Source of the DNA: Macrostomum lignano
Lineage: Eukaryota
Assembly (NCBI GenBank): GCA_002269645.1
Contig: NIVC01001403.1
Location: 1-64,000 of the forward strand
Length of the DNA: 64,000 bases
Reading direction: 5' to 3'
This document shows positions 46,228 to 59,979 of this stretch, piece by piece. How positions within the stretch are numbered: position 1 is the first letter of the stretch; each line of letters begins with the position of its first letter. Position numbers and translations under genes: made by a program. Under the pieces are notes generated by a model that searched no databases, was not told the origin of the DNA, and was given only the letters and a program-made list of their open reading frames with translations.

Positions 46228-46500
46228 ATTCCGTTCGAGACTGAGGTGTGGGGTTCGGGACTGAGGTGTGGGGTTCGGGACTGAGGTGTGGGGTTCGGGA
46301 CTGAGGTTTCGGATTAGGTACTGAGGGTTGGGATTCGGTACTGAGGTTTCGGATTTGGTACTGAGGGGTGAGATTCGGTACTGAGGGGTGAGATTCGGGA
46401 CTGGGGTGTGGGAATCGGGACTAAGGTGTGGGAATCGGGACTGGGGTGTGGGAATCGGGACTGGGGTGTGCGAATCGGGACTGAGGTGTGGGATTTGGTA
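46228..46500. repeat. 20-bp minisatellite (gggactgaggtgtggggttc), unit 1
   Basis: Direct reading. Confidence 0.88.
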
Positions 46501-47649
46501 CTTTTTTTGCAGCTCCATATCCTGCATATGGTAAAAGAATGTAGTTCATTTACGAGGCCTGCCCTACACAGGATTTGGTACTGAGGGGTTGCGAACAGGT
46601 TAGCTGTCCTTATCCGTCCTCTCTAAAACGGTTAGGAGAGAGAAGAAGAAAGGTAGATGTACACAGAGAGAGAAAGAAGAGCGGTCACGGCGTATTTAGT
46701 AAATAGGCTACCAGTTTCAAGCCTGTGGGCTCTTCGTCAGGCCAAAAAAGTGTGTGTGTGAGTGTGTGAATGTGTGTGTGTGTGTGTGTGTTGAAGTCTA
46801 AGAGAGACAAATAATTCATTAAACATTTCGTCAGTCTGCGGGTGCAGAGCTTCGAGAATAGCACTACATATTGCTACTGATAGCTATTTATATTCTCCTG
46901 TCATCTTCAGTTCACATAAGAGAAAGAATTTCAAACACAATGGCCTCTAAAGAGCCTAATATGAATACGAGGCTCACATCTCAGTACTCGCAGTACCGAG
47001 TATTATCTAAAGGCAGTGTTTTTTTATTTTGAGAACTAAAACGCATAGGCACAACACGGGTTTGAGGGGTTTGGGGTTTTGTGGGGTTTACGCTGTGCAG
47101 CTTCTCTCTGTTCTGTATCCTTACTAGGCAACCATCAGCAACCCCAAAACATTCTGTGCCACGTGTTGTCAAGCTACTGGCTTGGCCCTCAAACCTTAGC
47201 TTTAGCTATATTTTCATTCGGGCATTGAGATCGGCTATAGTCTAGAGCTGGTCTGCTTGCGTAGCTGCGGTCGAGACGCGTAGAGGTCGTTGTTTTTTCT
47301 GCTCTGATGTTTTCGCAGATTGGCCAGACTGAGATGGGCTGCAGCCGCATAACAGGGCGGGTGGAGTATGTCTCACACTTGACTATTTACACTGCAGCTG
47401 CTTCATTTCTTAAAGGCTGCCGCAGCTTAAGAGAGACTTGAATAAATTCATTCATATTCGATTTGGTAAGTTAACTGCATTTTAATAAACTCGTAGTTCC
47501 GGTACATCTTGTTAGTCTGTGGGTTCAGCGCTATTAATAGAATAAATAGCACTACATATTGGGTACTTTCATAAACCCGAACATGTCACATTTCCTAGGT
47601 CGAATTGCTATTCACAATCATCTAACTCACGTAACTATGTGAACGAAAA

Positions 47650-48520
47650 GCTTGGAGATTGTGAAGCTTGTGGATTGTGAAGCTTGTGGATTGTGAAGCT
47701 TGTGGATTGTGAAGATTGGGGATTGTGAAGCTTGGGGATTGTGAAGATTGGGGATTGTGAAGCTTGTGGATTGTGAAGCTTGTGGATTGTGAGGCTTGGG
47801 GATTGTGAAGATTGGGGATTGTGAAGCTTGTGGATTGTGAGGCTTGGGGATTGTGAGGCTTGGGGATTGTGAAGATTGGGGATTGTGAAGCTTGGAGATT
47901 GTGAAGCTTGGGGATTGTGAAGATTGAGGATTGTGAAGCTTGTGGATTTTGAAGCTTGGGGATTGTGAAGCTTGGGGATTGTGAAGCTTGGGGATTGTGA
48001 AGATTGGGGATTGTGAAGCTTGTGGATTTTGAAGCTTGGGGATTGTGAAGCTTGTGGATTGTGAAGCTTGGAGATTGTGAAGCTTGTGGATTGTGAAGAT
48101 TGTGGATTGTGAAGCTTGTGGATTTTCAAGCTTGGGGATTGTGAAGCTTGTGGATTGTGAAGCTTGGGGATTGTGAGGCTTGGGGATTGTGAAGCTTGGG
48201 GATTGTGAGGCTTGGGGATTGTGAAGCTTGGGGATTCTGAGGCTTGGGGATTGTGAAGCTTGAGGATTGTGAAGCTTGGGGATTGTGAGGCTTGGGGATT
48301 GTGAGGCTTGAGGATTGTGAAGCTTGGGGATTGTGAGGCTTGGGGATTGTGAGGCTTGAGGATTGTGAGGCTTGAGGATTGTGAAGCTTGGGGATTGTGA
48401 AGCTTGGGGATTGTGAGGCTTGGGGATTGTGAAGCTTGGGGATTGTGAAGCTTGGGGATTGTGAAGCTTGGGGATTGTGAAGCTTGTGGATTGTGAAGCT
48501 TGGGGATTCTGAGGCTTGGG
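47650..48520. repeat. 16-bp minisatellite (ggggattgtgaagctt), unit 2 5' intron
   Basis: Direct reading. Confidence 0.92.
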
Positions 48521-48768
48521 CAACGTATAGTAAATTCAGGGACTGTGAAATTTCAGCCAAATAAAGTAAGTAGATGGAATTTTAAATTTAAGGAAAGTTA
48601 AATTATAGGAAAATCTTTCTTTCTAATCTATGTAAATTTCATAACACTGTTGGATTTTTGTTAGAAATTGAAAGATTGCATTTTTCACTCATTTGAATTC
48701 TGAGGTGTATAAATTTGAATTTTCCTACCTAAATATGCTGCCTCCTACCCTGCCGTCAGTCCGCAGTG

Positions 48769-49176
48769 ATGCAGCCTCAAACAGTGCACCCGGTGACCTC
48801 ACAGCCGCAGGCGTACCCGATTGCTGTGGTTGGCCAGCAGCCGCCGCAGCAGCGCCAGTGGAATTCCGGCGTGTGCGGCTGCTTTGAAGACATCTGCGGC
48901 TGCTGCCTGACCTACTGGTGCGGCCCCTGCGAGCTCTGCTGCTGCGTCTCGGAGCGTATGGGCGAGCAGTGCTGCACCCCGATCTGTCTGGGCTGCCTGG
49001 GCAGCTCCGTGACTCTCATCGCCTACCGAGTGAAGCTGAGGGCCAGGTACAACATCCGGGGCAGCATCATAAGCGACTGTTGCACCACTGTGTTCTGCGG
49101 CAGCTGCGTGCAGTGCCAGATCAAGAGGGAGATGGATTACATTGAGAACCAGCTGGGCTGCAAGCCGGCTTTTTGA
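48769..49176 (+). CDS. PLAC8/cornifelin-like protein, copy 2 (135 aa)
   Basis: Intact ORF; the core CELCCCVSERMGEQCCTPICLGCLGSSVTLIAYRVKLRARYNI is identical to copy 1. Confidence 0.92.
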   Translation: MQPQTVHPVTSQPQAYPIAVVGQQPPQQRQWNSGVCGCFEDICGCCLTYWCGPCELCCCVSERMGEQCCTPICLGCLGSSVTLIAYRVKLRARYNIRGSIISDCCTTVFCGSCVQCQIKREMDYIENQLGCKPAF

Positions 49177-49214
49177 GAACTCCTTGGATAAAAACTCCTT
49201 GACGACTGTGGGTT

Positions 49215-50250
49215 GTCTATGGTAGGGAGGTGTAGCGTGTCTACTGTCTATGGTAGGGAGGTGTAGCGTGTCTACTGTCTATGGTAGGGAGGTGTAGCGT
49301 GTCTACTGTCTATGGTAGGGAGGTGTAGCGTGTCTACTGTCTATGGTAGGGAGGTGTAGCGTGTCTACTGTCTATGGTAGGGAGCTGTAGCGTGTCTACT
49401 GTCTATGGTAGGGAGCTGTAGCGTGTCTACTGTCTATGGTAGGGAGCTGTGGAGTGTCTACTGTCTATGGTAGGGAGCTGTAGCGTGTCTACTGTCTATG
49501 GTAGGGAGCTGTGGAGTGTCTACTGTCTATGGTAGGGAGCTGTGGAGTGTCTACTGTCTATGGTAAGGAGCTGTGGAGTGTCTACTGTCTATGGTAGGGA
49601 GCTGTGGAGTGTCTACTGTCTATGGTAGGGAGCTGTGGAGTGTCTACTGTCTATGGTAAGGAGCTGTGGAGTGTCTACTGTCTATGGTAAGGAGCTGTGG
49701 AGTGTCTACTGTCTATGGTAAGGAGCTGTGGAGTGTCTACTGTCTATGGTAGGGAGCTGTGGAGTGTCTAATGTCTATGGTAAGGAGCTGTGGAGTGTCT
49801 ACTGTCTATGGTAAGGAGCTGTGGAGTGTCTACTGTCTATGGTAAGGAGCTGTGGAGTGTCTACTGTCTATGGTAGGGAGCTGTGGAGTGTCTACTGTCT
49901 ATGGTAGGGAGCTGTGGAGTGTCTACTGTCTATGGTAGGGAGCTGTGGAGTGTCTACTGTCTATGGTAGGGAGCTGTGGAGTGTCTACTGTCTATGGTAG
50001 GGAGCTGTGGAGTGTCTACTGTCTATGGTAGGGAGCTGTGGAGTGTCTACTGTCTATGGTAAGGAGCTGTGGAGTGTCTACTGTCTATGGTAGGGAGCTG
50101 TGGAGTGTCTACTGTCTATGGTAGGGAGCTGTGGAGTGTCTACTGTCTATGGTAGGGAGCTGTAGCGTGTCTACTGTCTATGGTAGGGAGCTGTAGCGTA
50201 TCTACTGTCTATGGTAGGGAGCTGTAGCGTGTCTACTGTCTATGGTAGGT
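49215..50250. repeat. 31-bp minisatellite (gtctactgtctatggtagggagctgtggagt), 3' of copy 2
   Basis: Direct reading. Confidence 0.93.
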
Positions 50251-50869
50251 AGAAGTGGGTTGTCTATGGTAGGGAGCCGTGGGTAGTCTATGATAGGGTA
50301 GATGTTGGGTGTCTATTTTATTGAGCTGTAGGTAGTTTATGCAATGGAAACGACTTTTATGTCTAGGATAAGGAGATATGTGGGCTGTCTAGTGGTGAGC
50401 TGTACGTGGGTGGGGTGTCGATGGCAGTAAACACCTTGACCTTTTTATTGCATCCGGCAAAAAGTTGACTCTATTGCAAGAACAAAAATTCTCAGATATA
50501 TCATTACACTCAAAACTCTGTTTAAGATTGACGTGCTTCACTTGATACTACTATAATAGCTATATGCAGTGAAAATTTTCTTTTTCATTTGTATTCTGTC
50601 AGCAGGTCTTTATCTACGATGTCCTTATCTACGTAAAACACTTAATCAAAAGCTCTCCCTTCTTAATTTTATTTTTAACACTTTTCAAGCAAAAGCAACT
50701 TTTAATTATAGTTTCACCGTAAAGAATAAAATAAAATGTATCCTAAACATTAAATATTTAGACCAGCAAGAAAAGCACATAAAAAAATTCATTTAGCTTT
50801 TTTCACTTAACTGTATGTCTAATACTGTGTTCATTGTTATTTTTCTTTTAGCTACAAAAATGCGGTTCG

Positions 50870-51165
50870 AGACTGGACTGTGGGGTTCCGGACTGAGGTT
50901 TGGGGTTCGTGACTGAGGTGTGGGGTTTGTGACTGAGGTGTGGGGTTCGGGACTGAGGTGTGGGGTTCCGGACTGAGGTTTGGGGTTCGTGACTGAGGTG
51001 TGGGGTTCGTGACTGAGGTGTGGGGTTCGGGACTGAGGTGTGGGGTTCGTGACTGAGGTGTGGGAATCGGGACTGAGGTGTGGGGTTCATGACTGAGGTG
51101 TGGGGTTCGTGACTGAGGTGTGGGGTTCGTGACTGAGGTGTGGGGTTCGTGACAGAGGTGTGGGG
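50870..51165. repeat. 20-bp minisatellite (gactgaggtgtggggttc family), unit 2
   Basis: Direct reading. Confidence 0.9.
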
Positions 51166-51562
51166 TCAGAGAAGTGTACAGTTCGATGGCACGCAATGTT
51201 GTCTTTTGAGTGGCTGATGCGAGTAACAAATGGTGAAACAAATAATAGACAAGTTAATTGCGCAACGCGAGCAGATGTGCAGATTATTCGGGAGAAACCG
51301 TTTCACCAAACCAATAATAAAATATATCTTCAAATGGGAATGGCGCTGGGACTACGCAATGTAGGATCTTCGGAGACAGCTATAACTGGAGGAAATAACG
51401 CTACAAAAATAATAATAAATCATAATTCAGCAAGCCTCCAACCTCAGGCAACTGCAGTTGAGTAATTTACAACAATTCGAACAGGTTAGCTGCTCTAATC
51501 TGTCCTCTCTGAAGCGGTTAGTAGAGAGAAGAAAAATAGAGAGATAACCGAGTCAGATAACC

Positions 51563-52558
<996 letters not shown>

Positions 52559-53344
52559 CCTCTAATCCCGAAGGCGCTGACACAGCAAAGCAACAAGACA
52601 AACAAAAAAGTTAAGAAGTGTTAGTTGCCGATATTTCGAATTCGAGTAATATCTCGTACTTCCATTTTTATAGCAGCGCAGAAAATCGTTGGATAGAGAA
52701 CTCATGCAGAGAGATTTTTAATAATTCATTCAACATTTCTGTCTGTCTGCGGGTTCAGCGCTCCTAGAATAGCATTACATATTGCTACTAAAAGCTATTT
52801 ATATTCTTTTGTCATCTTCTGCTCACATGACCGAAAGACTTTTAAACACCAACACTCGCCTCGAAAAGCCCCTATTGTGAATGCGAGGCTCACATCTCAA
52901 AACTCGCAGTATTATCAAAGGCAGCGCTTTTTACTGCCAACTAAAACGCAAGCTCGGACCACGAACCTTAGCTTTTGTTATTGTCCTTTGGGCATTGAGA
53001 TCGGCTATAGTCTAGAGCTGGTCTGCTTGAGGTCCTTGTTTTCTGCTGTTTTTCCGGATTGGCCAGACTAAGGTGGGCTGCAGCCGCATACTCGTGTTTT
53101 CATTTTTAAAAGGCTGCCGAAGCTTAAGAAACTTGAATTATTTCAATCATATTCGATTCGGTAAGTTAACTGCCTTTTCTTTAGCTCGTAGTTTAGGTAG
53201 TTTAGCTCTTTTAGAGTTGCAATACATACATGTACCGGTATTGGGTACTTTCATAATCCCAAAAATATTCGAATATAACACTTCCTAAGTCGTCTAGCTA
53301 TTCAAAATCATCTCACTGACGTACCCTAACATGAACGAAGATTG

Positions 53345-53918
53345 AAGATTGTGAAGCTTGGCGATTGCGAAGCTTGTGGATTGTGAAGCTTGGGGATTGT
53401 GAAGCTTATGGATTTTGAGGCTTGAGGATTGTGAAGCTTGTGGATTTTCAAGCTTGGGGATTGTGAAGCTTGGGGATTGTTAAGCTTATGGATTTTGAGG
53501 CTTGAGGATTGTGAAGCTTGTGGATTTTCAAGCTTGGGGATTTTGAAGCTTGGGGATTGTGAAGATTGGGGATTGTGAAGCTTGGGGATTGTGAAGCTGG
53601 GGATTGTGAAGCTTGGGGATTGTGAAGCTTGGGGAGTGTGAAGCTTGGGGATTGTGAAGCTTGGGGATTGTGAAGCTGGGGGATTGTGAAGCTTGGGGAG
53701 TGTGAAGCTTGGGGATTGTGAAGCTTGGGGATTGTGAAGCTTGGGGATTGTGAAGCTTGGGGATTGTGAAGCTGGGGGATTGTGAAGATTGGGGATTGTG
53801 AAGCTTGAGGATAGTGTAACTTGGAGGTTGTGAAGCTTGGGGATTGTGAAGCTTGGGGATTGTGAAGCTTGGGGATTGTGAAGCTGGGGGATTGTGAAGA
53901 TTGGGGATTGTGAAGCTT
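53345..53918. repeat. 16-bp minisatellite (ggggattgtgaagctt), unit 3
   Basis: Direct reading. Confidence 0.92.
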
Positions 53919-54247
53919 ATGTTAAATTACGTTACATTAGGCGCGCAGCCCAGCCCTACCATTAAATAAACCTTCTGCTCTGCCAGCGCTCGGCAATTAG
54001 CGCTACATCAGAGATTGTGAAATTTGAGCAATTAAAAATTCAATTAAAGATTCAGTTGGAAATTTAATGAAAGTTGAATTATAGAAAAATCTGTCTTTCT
54101 AATCTATGTAAATTTCATAACACTGTTGGATCTTTATTAGAAACTGAGCGATTGCATTCTTCACCTTGACTTCCGAACCGATTAGATTTATAAATTGATT
54201 TTACAACCTAAATATGCTGCCTCCTACCCGGCTGTCAGTTCGCAGAG

Positions 54248-54745
54248 ATGCAGCCTCAAACGGTGTACACGGTGATGTCCCAGCCGCAGCCGTACCCGTC
54301 TGCGTTTGTTGGCCAGGAGCCGTTGCCACAGCATCCGCCGCAGCCGTACCCGTCTGCGGTTGTTAGCAAGCAGCCGAGGCCACAGCATCCGCCGCAGCAG
54401 TGCCAGTCGAACTCCGACCAGTGCAGTTGCTTTGATGACGACTGCAACTGCTGCCTGACCGATTGCGGCTTCTGCGAGCTCTGCTGCTGCATCTCGGATT
54501 GTATGGATTAATAGTGCTGCACCCCGATCTGTCTTGACTGCCTCGGCAGCTCAGTGACTCTCATCGAAAAACTCAAAAAAAAAACGAAAAACTGTTATCG
54601 TGTAACCCAGGTACAATATCCAAGGCAGCATCATAAACGACTGTTGCACCACTGTGTTCTGCGCCAGCTGCGTGCAGTGTCAGATCAAGAGGGAGATGGA
54701 TTACATTGAGAACCATGAAGTTGGGCTGCAAGCCGGCTTTTTTGA
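54248..54745 (+). pseudogene. PLAC8-like copy 3, pseudogene
   Basis: TAA TAG replace GAG CAG at 54509-54514. An A-rich segment replaces AYRVKLRA. Lost W and C residues. 3' part still aligns to copies 1 and 2. Confidence 0.88.
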
Positions 54746-54774
54746 GAAATCGCTGGATAAAAACTCATTGACGA

Positions 54775-56065
54775 CTGTTGGGTGTCTATGGTAGGGAGCT
54801 GTTGGGTGTCTATGGTAGGGAGCTGTTGGGTGTCTATGGTAGGGAGCTGTTGGGTGTCTATGGTATGGAGCTGTTGGGTGTCTATGGTAGGGAGCTGTTG
54901 GGTGTCTATGGTAGGGAGCTGTTGGGTGTCTATGGTAGGGAGCTGTTGGGTGTCTATGGTAGGGAGCTGTTGGGTGTCTATGGTAGGGAGCTGTTGGGTG
55001 TCTATGGTAGGGAGCTGTTGGGTGTCTATGGTAGGGAGCTGTTGGGTGTCTATGGTAGGGAGCTGTTGGGTGTCTATGGTAGGGAGCTGTTGGGTGTCTA
55101 TGGTAGGGAGCTGTTGGGTGTCTATGGTAACGAGCTGTTGGGTGTCTATGGTAGGGAGCTGTTGGGTGTCTATGGTAGGGAGCTGTTGGCTGTCTATGGT
55201 AGGGAGCTGTTGGGTGTCTATGGTAGGGAGCTGTTGAGTGTCTATGGTATGGAGCTGTTGGGTGTCTATGGTAGGGAGCTGTTGGGTGTCTATGGTAGGG
55301 AGCTGTTGGGTGTCTATGGTAGGGAGCTGTTGGGTGTCTATGGTAGGGAGCTGTTGGGTGTCTATGGTAGGGAGCTGTTGGGTGTCTATGGTAACGAGCT
55401 GTTGGGTGTCTATGGTAGGGAGCTGTTGGGTGTCTATGGTAGGGAGCTGTTGGCTGTCTATGATAGGGAGCTGTTGGGTGTCTATGGTAGGGAGCTGTTG
55501 GGTGTCTATGGTAGGGAGCTGTTGGGTGTCTATGGTAGGGAGCTGTTGGCTGTCTATGGTAGGGAGCTGTTGGGTGTCTATGGTAGGGAGCTGTTGGCTG
55601 TCTATGGTAGGGAGCTGTTGGGTGTCTATGGTAGGGAGCTGTTGGGTGTCTATGATAGGGAGCTGTTGGGTGTCTATGGTAGGGAGCTGTTGGGTGTCTA
55701 TGGTAGGGAGCTGTTGGGTGTCTATGGTAACGAGCTGTTGAGTGTCTATGGTAGGGAGCTGTTGAGTGTCTATGGTAGGGAGCTGTTGGCTGTCTATGGT
55801 AGGGAGCTGTTGGCTGTCTATGGTAGGGAGCTGTTGGGTGTCTATGGTAGGGAGCTGTTGGGTGTCTATGATAGGGAGCTGTTGGGTGTCTATGGTAGGG
55901 AGCTGTTGGGTGTCTATGGTAGGGAGCTGTTGGGTGTCTATGGTAACGAGCTGTTGAGTGTCTATGGTAGGGAGCTGTTGAGTGTCTATGGTAGGGAGCT
56001 GTTGAGTGTCTATGGTAGGGAGCTGTTGAGTGTCTATGGTAGGGAGCTGTTGAGTGTCTATGGTA
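54775..56065. repeat. 24-bp minisatellite (gtctatggtagggagctgttgggt), 3' of copy 3
   Basis: Direct reading. Confidence 0.94.
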
Positions 56066-56439
56066 GATAGACGTGGGGTGTCTATAGTAGGCTGCGCAGA
56101 AAAGTTTCTTGTTTATTTGTATTCTTTCTGGGCTTTATCTACAGTGAGGTCCTTATCCAAGTAAAATACTTTATCAAAAGCTCTCCCCTCTGAAACCCGA
56201 TCTAAATTTTATTACTTTACTTATTTATCAACTATTTACTTTACAAGGTAAACAGCAATTGTTTAAGTTTTAACGCATGTTTTTAATTGTCTTATTGTAA
56301 AAGATAAAAAAAATTGATCTTAAACATTATTTTTAGAAGAAAAGCACATAAAACATATATTTTAGTTTTTTCACCTGACTGAATGTCTAATATTGCGTTC
56401 ATAGTTATTTCTCCTTTATCTACAAATATGCGGTTCGAG

Positions 56440-57300
56440 GCTGGACTGTGGGGTTAGGGACTGAGGTGCGGGAATCGGGACTGGGGTGTGGGAATCGGGA
56501 CTGGGGTGTGGGAATCGGGACTGGGGTGTGGGATTCGGGACTGAGGTGTGGGAATCGGGAATCGGGGCTGGGGTGTGGGAATAGGGAATCGGTACTGAGG
56601 TGTGGGATTCGGGAATCGGGGCTGGGGTGTGGGAATCGGGAATCGGGGCTGGGGTGTGGGAATCGGGAATCGGGGCTGGGGTGTGGGAATCGGGAATCGG
56701 GCTGGGGTGTGGGAATCGGGAATCGGGGCTGGGGTGTGGGAATCGGGAATCGGGGCTGGGGTGTGGGAATCGGGAATCGGGACTGGGGTGTGGGAATCGG
56801 GGCTGGGGTGTGGGAATCGGGAATCGGGGCTGGGGTGTGGGAATCGGGAATCGGGGCTGGGGTGTGGGAATCGGGAATCGGGACTGGGGTGTGGGAATCG
56901 GGAATCGGGACTGGGGTGTGGGAATCGGGAATCGGGACTGGGGTGTGGGAATCGGGAATCGGACTGGGGTGTGGGAATCGGGAATCGGGGCTGGGGTGTG
57001 GGAATCGGGAATCGGGGCTGGGGTGTGGGAATCGGGACTGGGGTGTGGGAATCGGGGCTGGGGTGTGGGAATCGGGAATCGGGGCTGGGGTGTGGGAATC
57101 GGGAATCGGGGCTGGGGTGTGGGAATCGGGAATCGGGGCTGGGTGTGGGGTTCGGTACTGAGGTGTGGGGTTCGGTACTGAGGTGTGGGATTCGGGACTG
57201 AGGTGTGGGGTTCGGTACTGAGGTGTGGGATTCGGGACTGAGGTGTGGGGTTCGGTACTAAGGTGTGGGGTTCGGGACTGAGGTGTGGGGTTCGGGACTG
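56440..57300. repeat. 20/27-bp G-rich minisatellite (gggaatcgggaatcggggctggggtgt), unit 3
   Basis: Direct reading. Confidence 0.92.
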
Positions 57301-57800
57301 AGGGGCGGGGTCCGAAAAGTGTGCAGTTCCATTGCACGCAATCGTGTCTGAGTGTCTGCTGCGATTAGCAATGGATAAATAATCAGCGGTCGCAGTGCGT
57401 GACAACGATTGTCTATGGATCGCGCCTAGACAATCCATTACTACAGACAATGCATTGTTTGTAGTAGTGGATTGTTCTGCATTAAAAATGTGAATAATGA
57501 TCGTCAAATTGCTAAACAATGGTTAAATAAATAATTGACAAGTTGCGCTACGCGAGCAGATGTCCAGATTACTCGGGAGAAACCGTTTTACCAAACCAAT
57601 TATCAAATATACTCAGCAACATTGAAAAGTCGCCAGCCTTTGCCCCAGTGAGCAGTGTGTCTTTCGACCTGCGTCTATCACCTTGCCAACCAATTTGATA
57701 TTAAAAAATGCTTGAAAAAACTCTAAACTGGCCAACCAGCCTACCCCGATGTGCGCTGCTCTGTGTACATTCTCTCTCTCTCTCTTGACATGACAATATT

Positions 57801-58818
57801 GGGAGCACCCCAACTGCCAGCCGGAAAACTGCCAGCCGACAACTGCCAGTCGACAACTGCCAGCCGACAATTGCCAGCCGAGAAAACTGCCAGCCGACAA
57901 GTTCTAGCTAATTGAATCTACTGTAGCCTACTTATTAGCTAAGTAAAAAGCACGAAACTGTTTGGCTAGCAAAAGGCTTGTGGGGTAGCCTTAAATGTCG
58001 CCCTTCCCTTCCCTAATTTTTTAAGATTTCCATTAGTTAGAAGTATATACTCAGCAACATTGAAAAGTCGCCATCATGGAAGATTCCGTCTGTGGTCGCC
58101 ACTTTTGAGAGTGCAAGTCAATTTTGCGAGTGACGTAACTTAGCTACGTAACGCGGCAGACTTGGGTTGAGGAATGAAGTGGTCGATCGGTGTGCGAGGG
58201 TTGGACGGATTTAAGATACCCGATCAGTTTTCTCGATCTTTTATTTCAGAATGGTCCCAGAGAAATTGCTCACTGGTGCACAGAGTGGCGACTTTTCAAT
58301 GTTGCTGAGTATATTTGCGAAGGAGAAAGCATTCAAATTTCGTATTTTAGGTAGCCTTTGCTCTTTCTTTGAAAGCTTTATTTAAGTAAAGTAATTTAAT
58401 AGACTTATCTAGGATTGCGTCATATAGCAATCGCAATCGCAAATTAAATAATAAAGTAAATAAACTTTCAATACAGAAATATTTACAATAGGCATTACAG
58501 AATGCCTTCTCCTTCACATATATACTTCTAATGGAAATCTGAAAAATTTAGGGTAGGGAAGGGCGACATTTAAGGCTACCCCACAAGCCTTTTGCTAGTC
58601 AAACAGTTTCGTGCTTTTTACTTAGCTAATAAGTAGGCTACAGTAGATTCAATTAGCTAGAACTTGTCGGCTGGCAGTTGTCGGCTGGCAGTTGTCGGCT
58701 GGCAGTTGTCGGCTGGCAGTTGTCGGCTGGCAGTTGTCGGCTGGCAGTTGTCGGCTGGCAGTTTTCCGGCTGGCAGTTGTCGGCTGGCAGTTTTCCGGCT
58801 GGCAGTTGGGGTGGACCC
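57801..58818. mobile_element. Non-autonomous Mutator-like (MULE/foldback) DNA transposon with about 250-290-bp TIRs and 9-bp TSD
   Basis: TSD gacaatatt at 57792-57800 and 58819-58827. Termini GGGAGCACCCC / GGGGTGGACCC. Arms 57801-58047 and about 58518-58818 are reverse complements and carry 14-bp ctgccagccgacaa subrepeats. Confidence 0.88.
58046..58313. mobile_element. MITE (about 265 bp, TA-flanked, about 26-bp TIR) nested in the MULE
   Basis: tatactcagcaacattgaaaagtcgcca at 58046-58073 and its exact reverse complement at 58286-58313. Confidence 0.82.
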
Positions 58819-59979
58819 GACAATATTCAGTAGTGATCGATTCTAAGTTTTAAGCCCACTCACTTGCCTGTCTTTTAAGCCTATATATTGGCCTCGCCAC
58901 CTATCGCACAATCGTTGCAATATTTCGCTCGTCTAAAATATTCAACTTCGTACTTGACTCAAACCAAGCCTTGTCATCGTTTACTGAGAGCGAATTGACA
59001 TAGAGTGAAGAAGAAAACAGAGAGAGAGAGCAAGAGAGAGGGGGAGAGAGAGGAGAGCCTCCAATCCCGGGCACTGACACGGTAAAAAGACCATGAGGAG
59101 CAAAAGGTTTGAATTGTTATAGTTGGCGATATTTCGAAATTATTATATTTCTTTGTCAGGGCAAGTGAAACGTTTACTGAGAGCGTTTACCATGCAGAGA
59201 GACTGGAAATAATTCAGTAAATTTTTGTCAGCCTGCGGGTTCAGCGCCTCTAGAATAGCACTACGTAATGGGTACTTGTGACAGTTCACATGATCTGCTC
59301 ACATGGCAAAAAGACTTTCAAACATTACCGAGTATTCATTATCTAAGGCAGTGTATTTTATTATCAACTAAAACCCATAGGCACAACACGGGTTGTAGCA
59401 GTGTGGGGTTTGCGCTGCGCAGCTTCTCTCTGGGTCGTTGCTAGGCAACCATCAAGCCACCCCAAAGCATTTTCTGCGAGTCTTCTGTGCCACGTATTCT
59501 TAAGTTACTGGCTTGGCCCTCGAACCTCAGCTTTGTTATTTTCTTTCGGGCATTGAGATTGGCTAGTCTAGAGCTAGCCTGCTTGGGTAGCTGCGGTCGA
59601 GAGGCGTAGAGAGATCCTTGTTTTTCTGCTGTTTTTTCGGATTGGTCAGACTGAGGTGGGCTGCAGCCGCATACAGGGCAGGCGGAGTATGTCTCACACT
59701 TCATTATTTAGCAGTGCAACTTATTCATTTCTTAAAGCCTGTCAAAGCTTAAGAGAGACTTGAATAAATTCATTCATATTCGATTTGGTAATTTAGTTAC
59801 CTTTTCATTAGCTCATAGTTTCGGTACATTTTGTTAGTCTGTGGTTTCAGCGCTTCTAGCTCCTACAGGTGCACTACATACATGTATTGGGTACTTTCAT
59901 AACCCCAAAAATGTCACATTTCCTAGGTCGAATAGCTATTCACAGTCATCTAACTGACGTACCCTAACATGAAGGAGAA

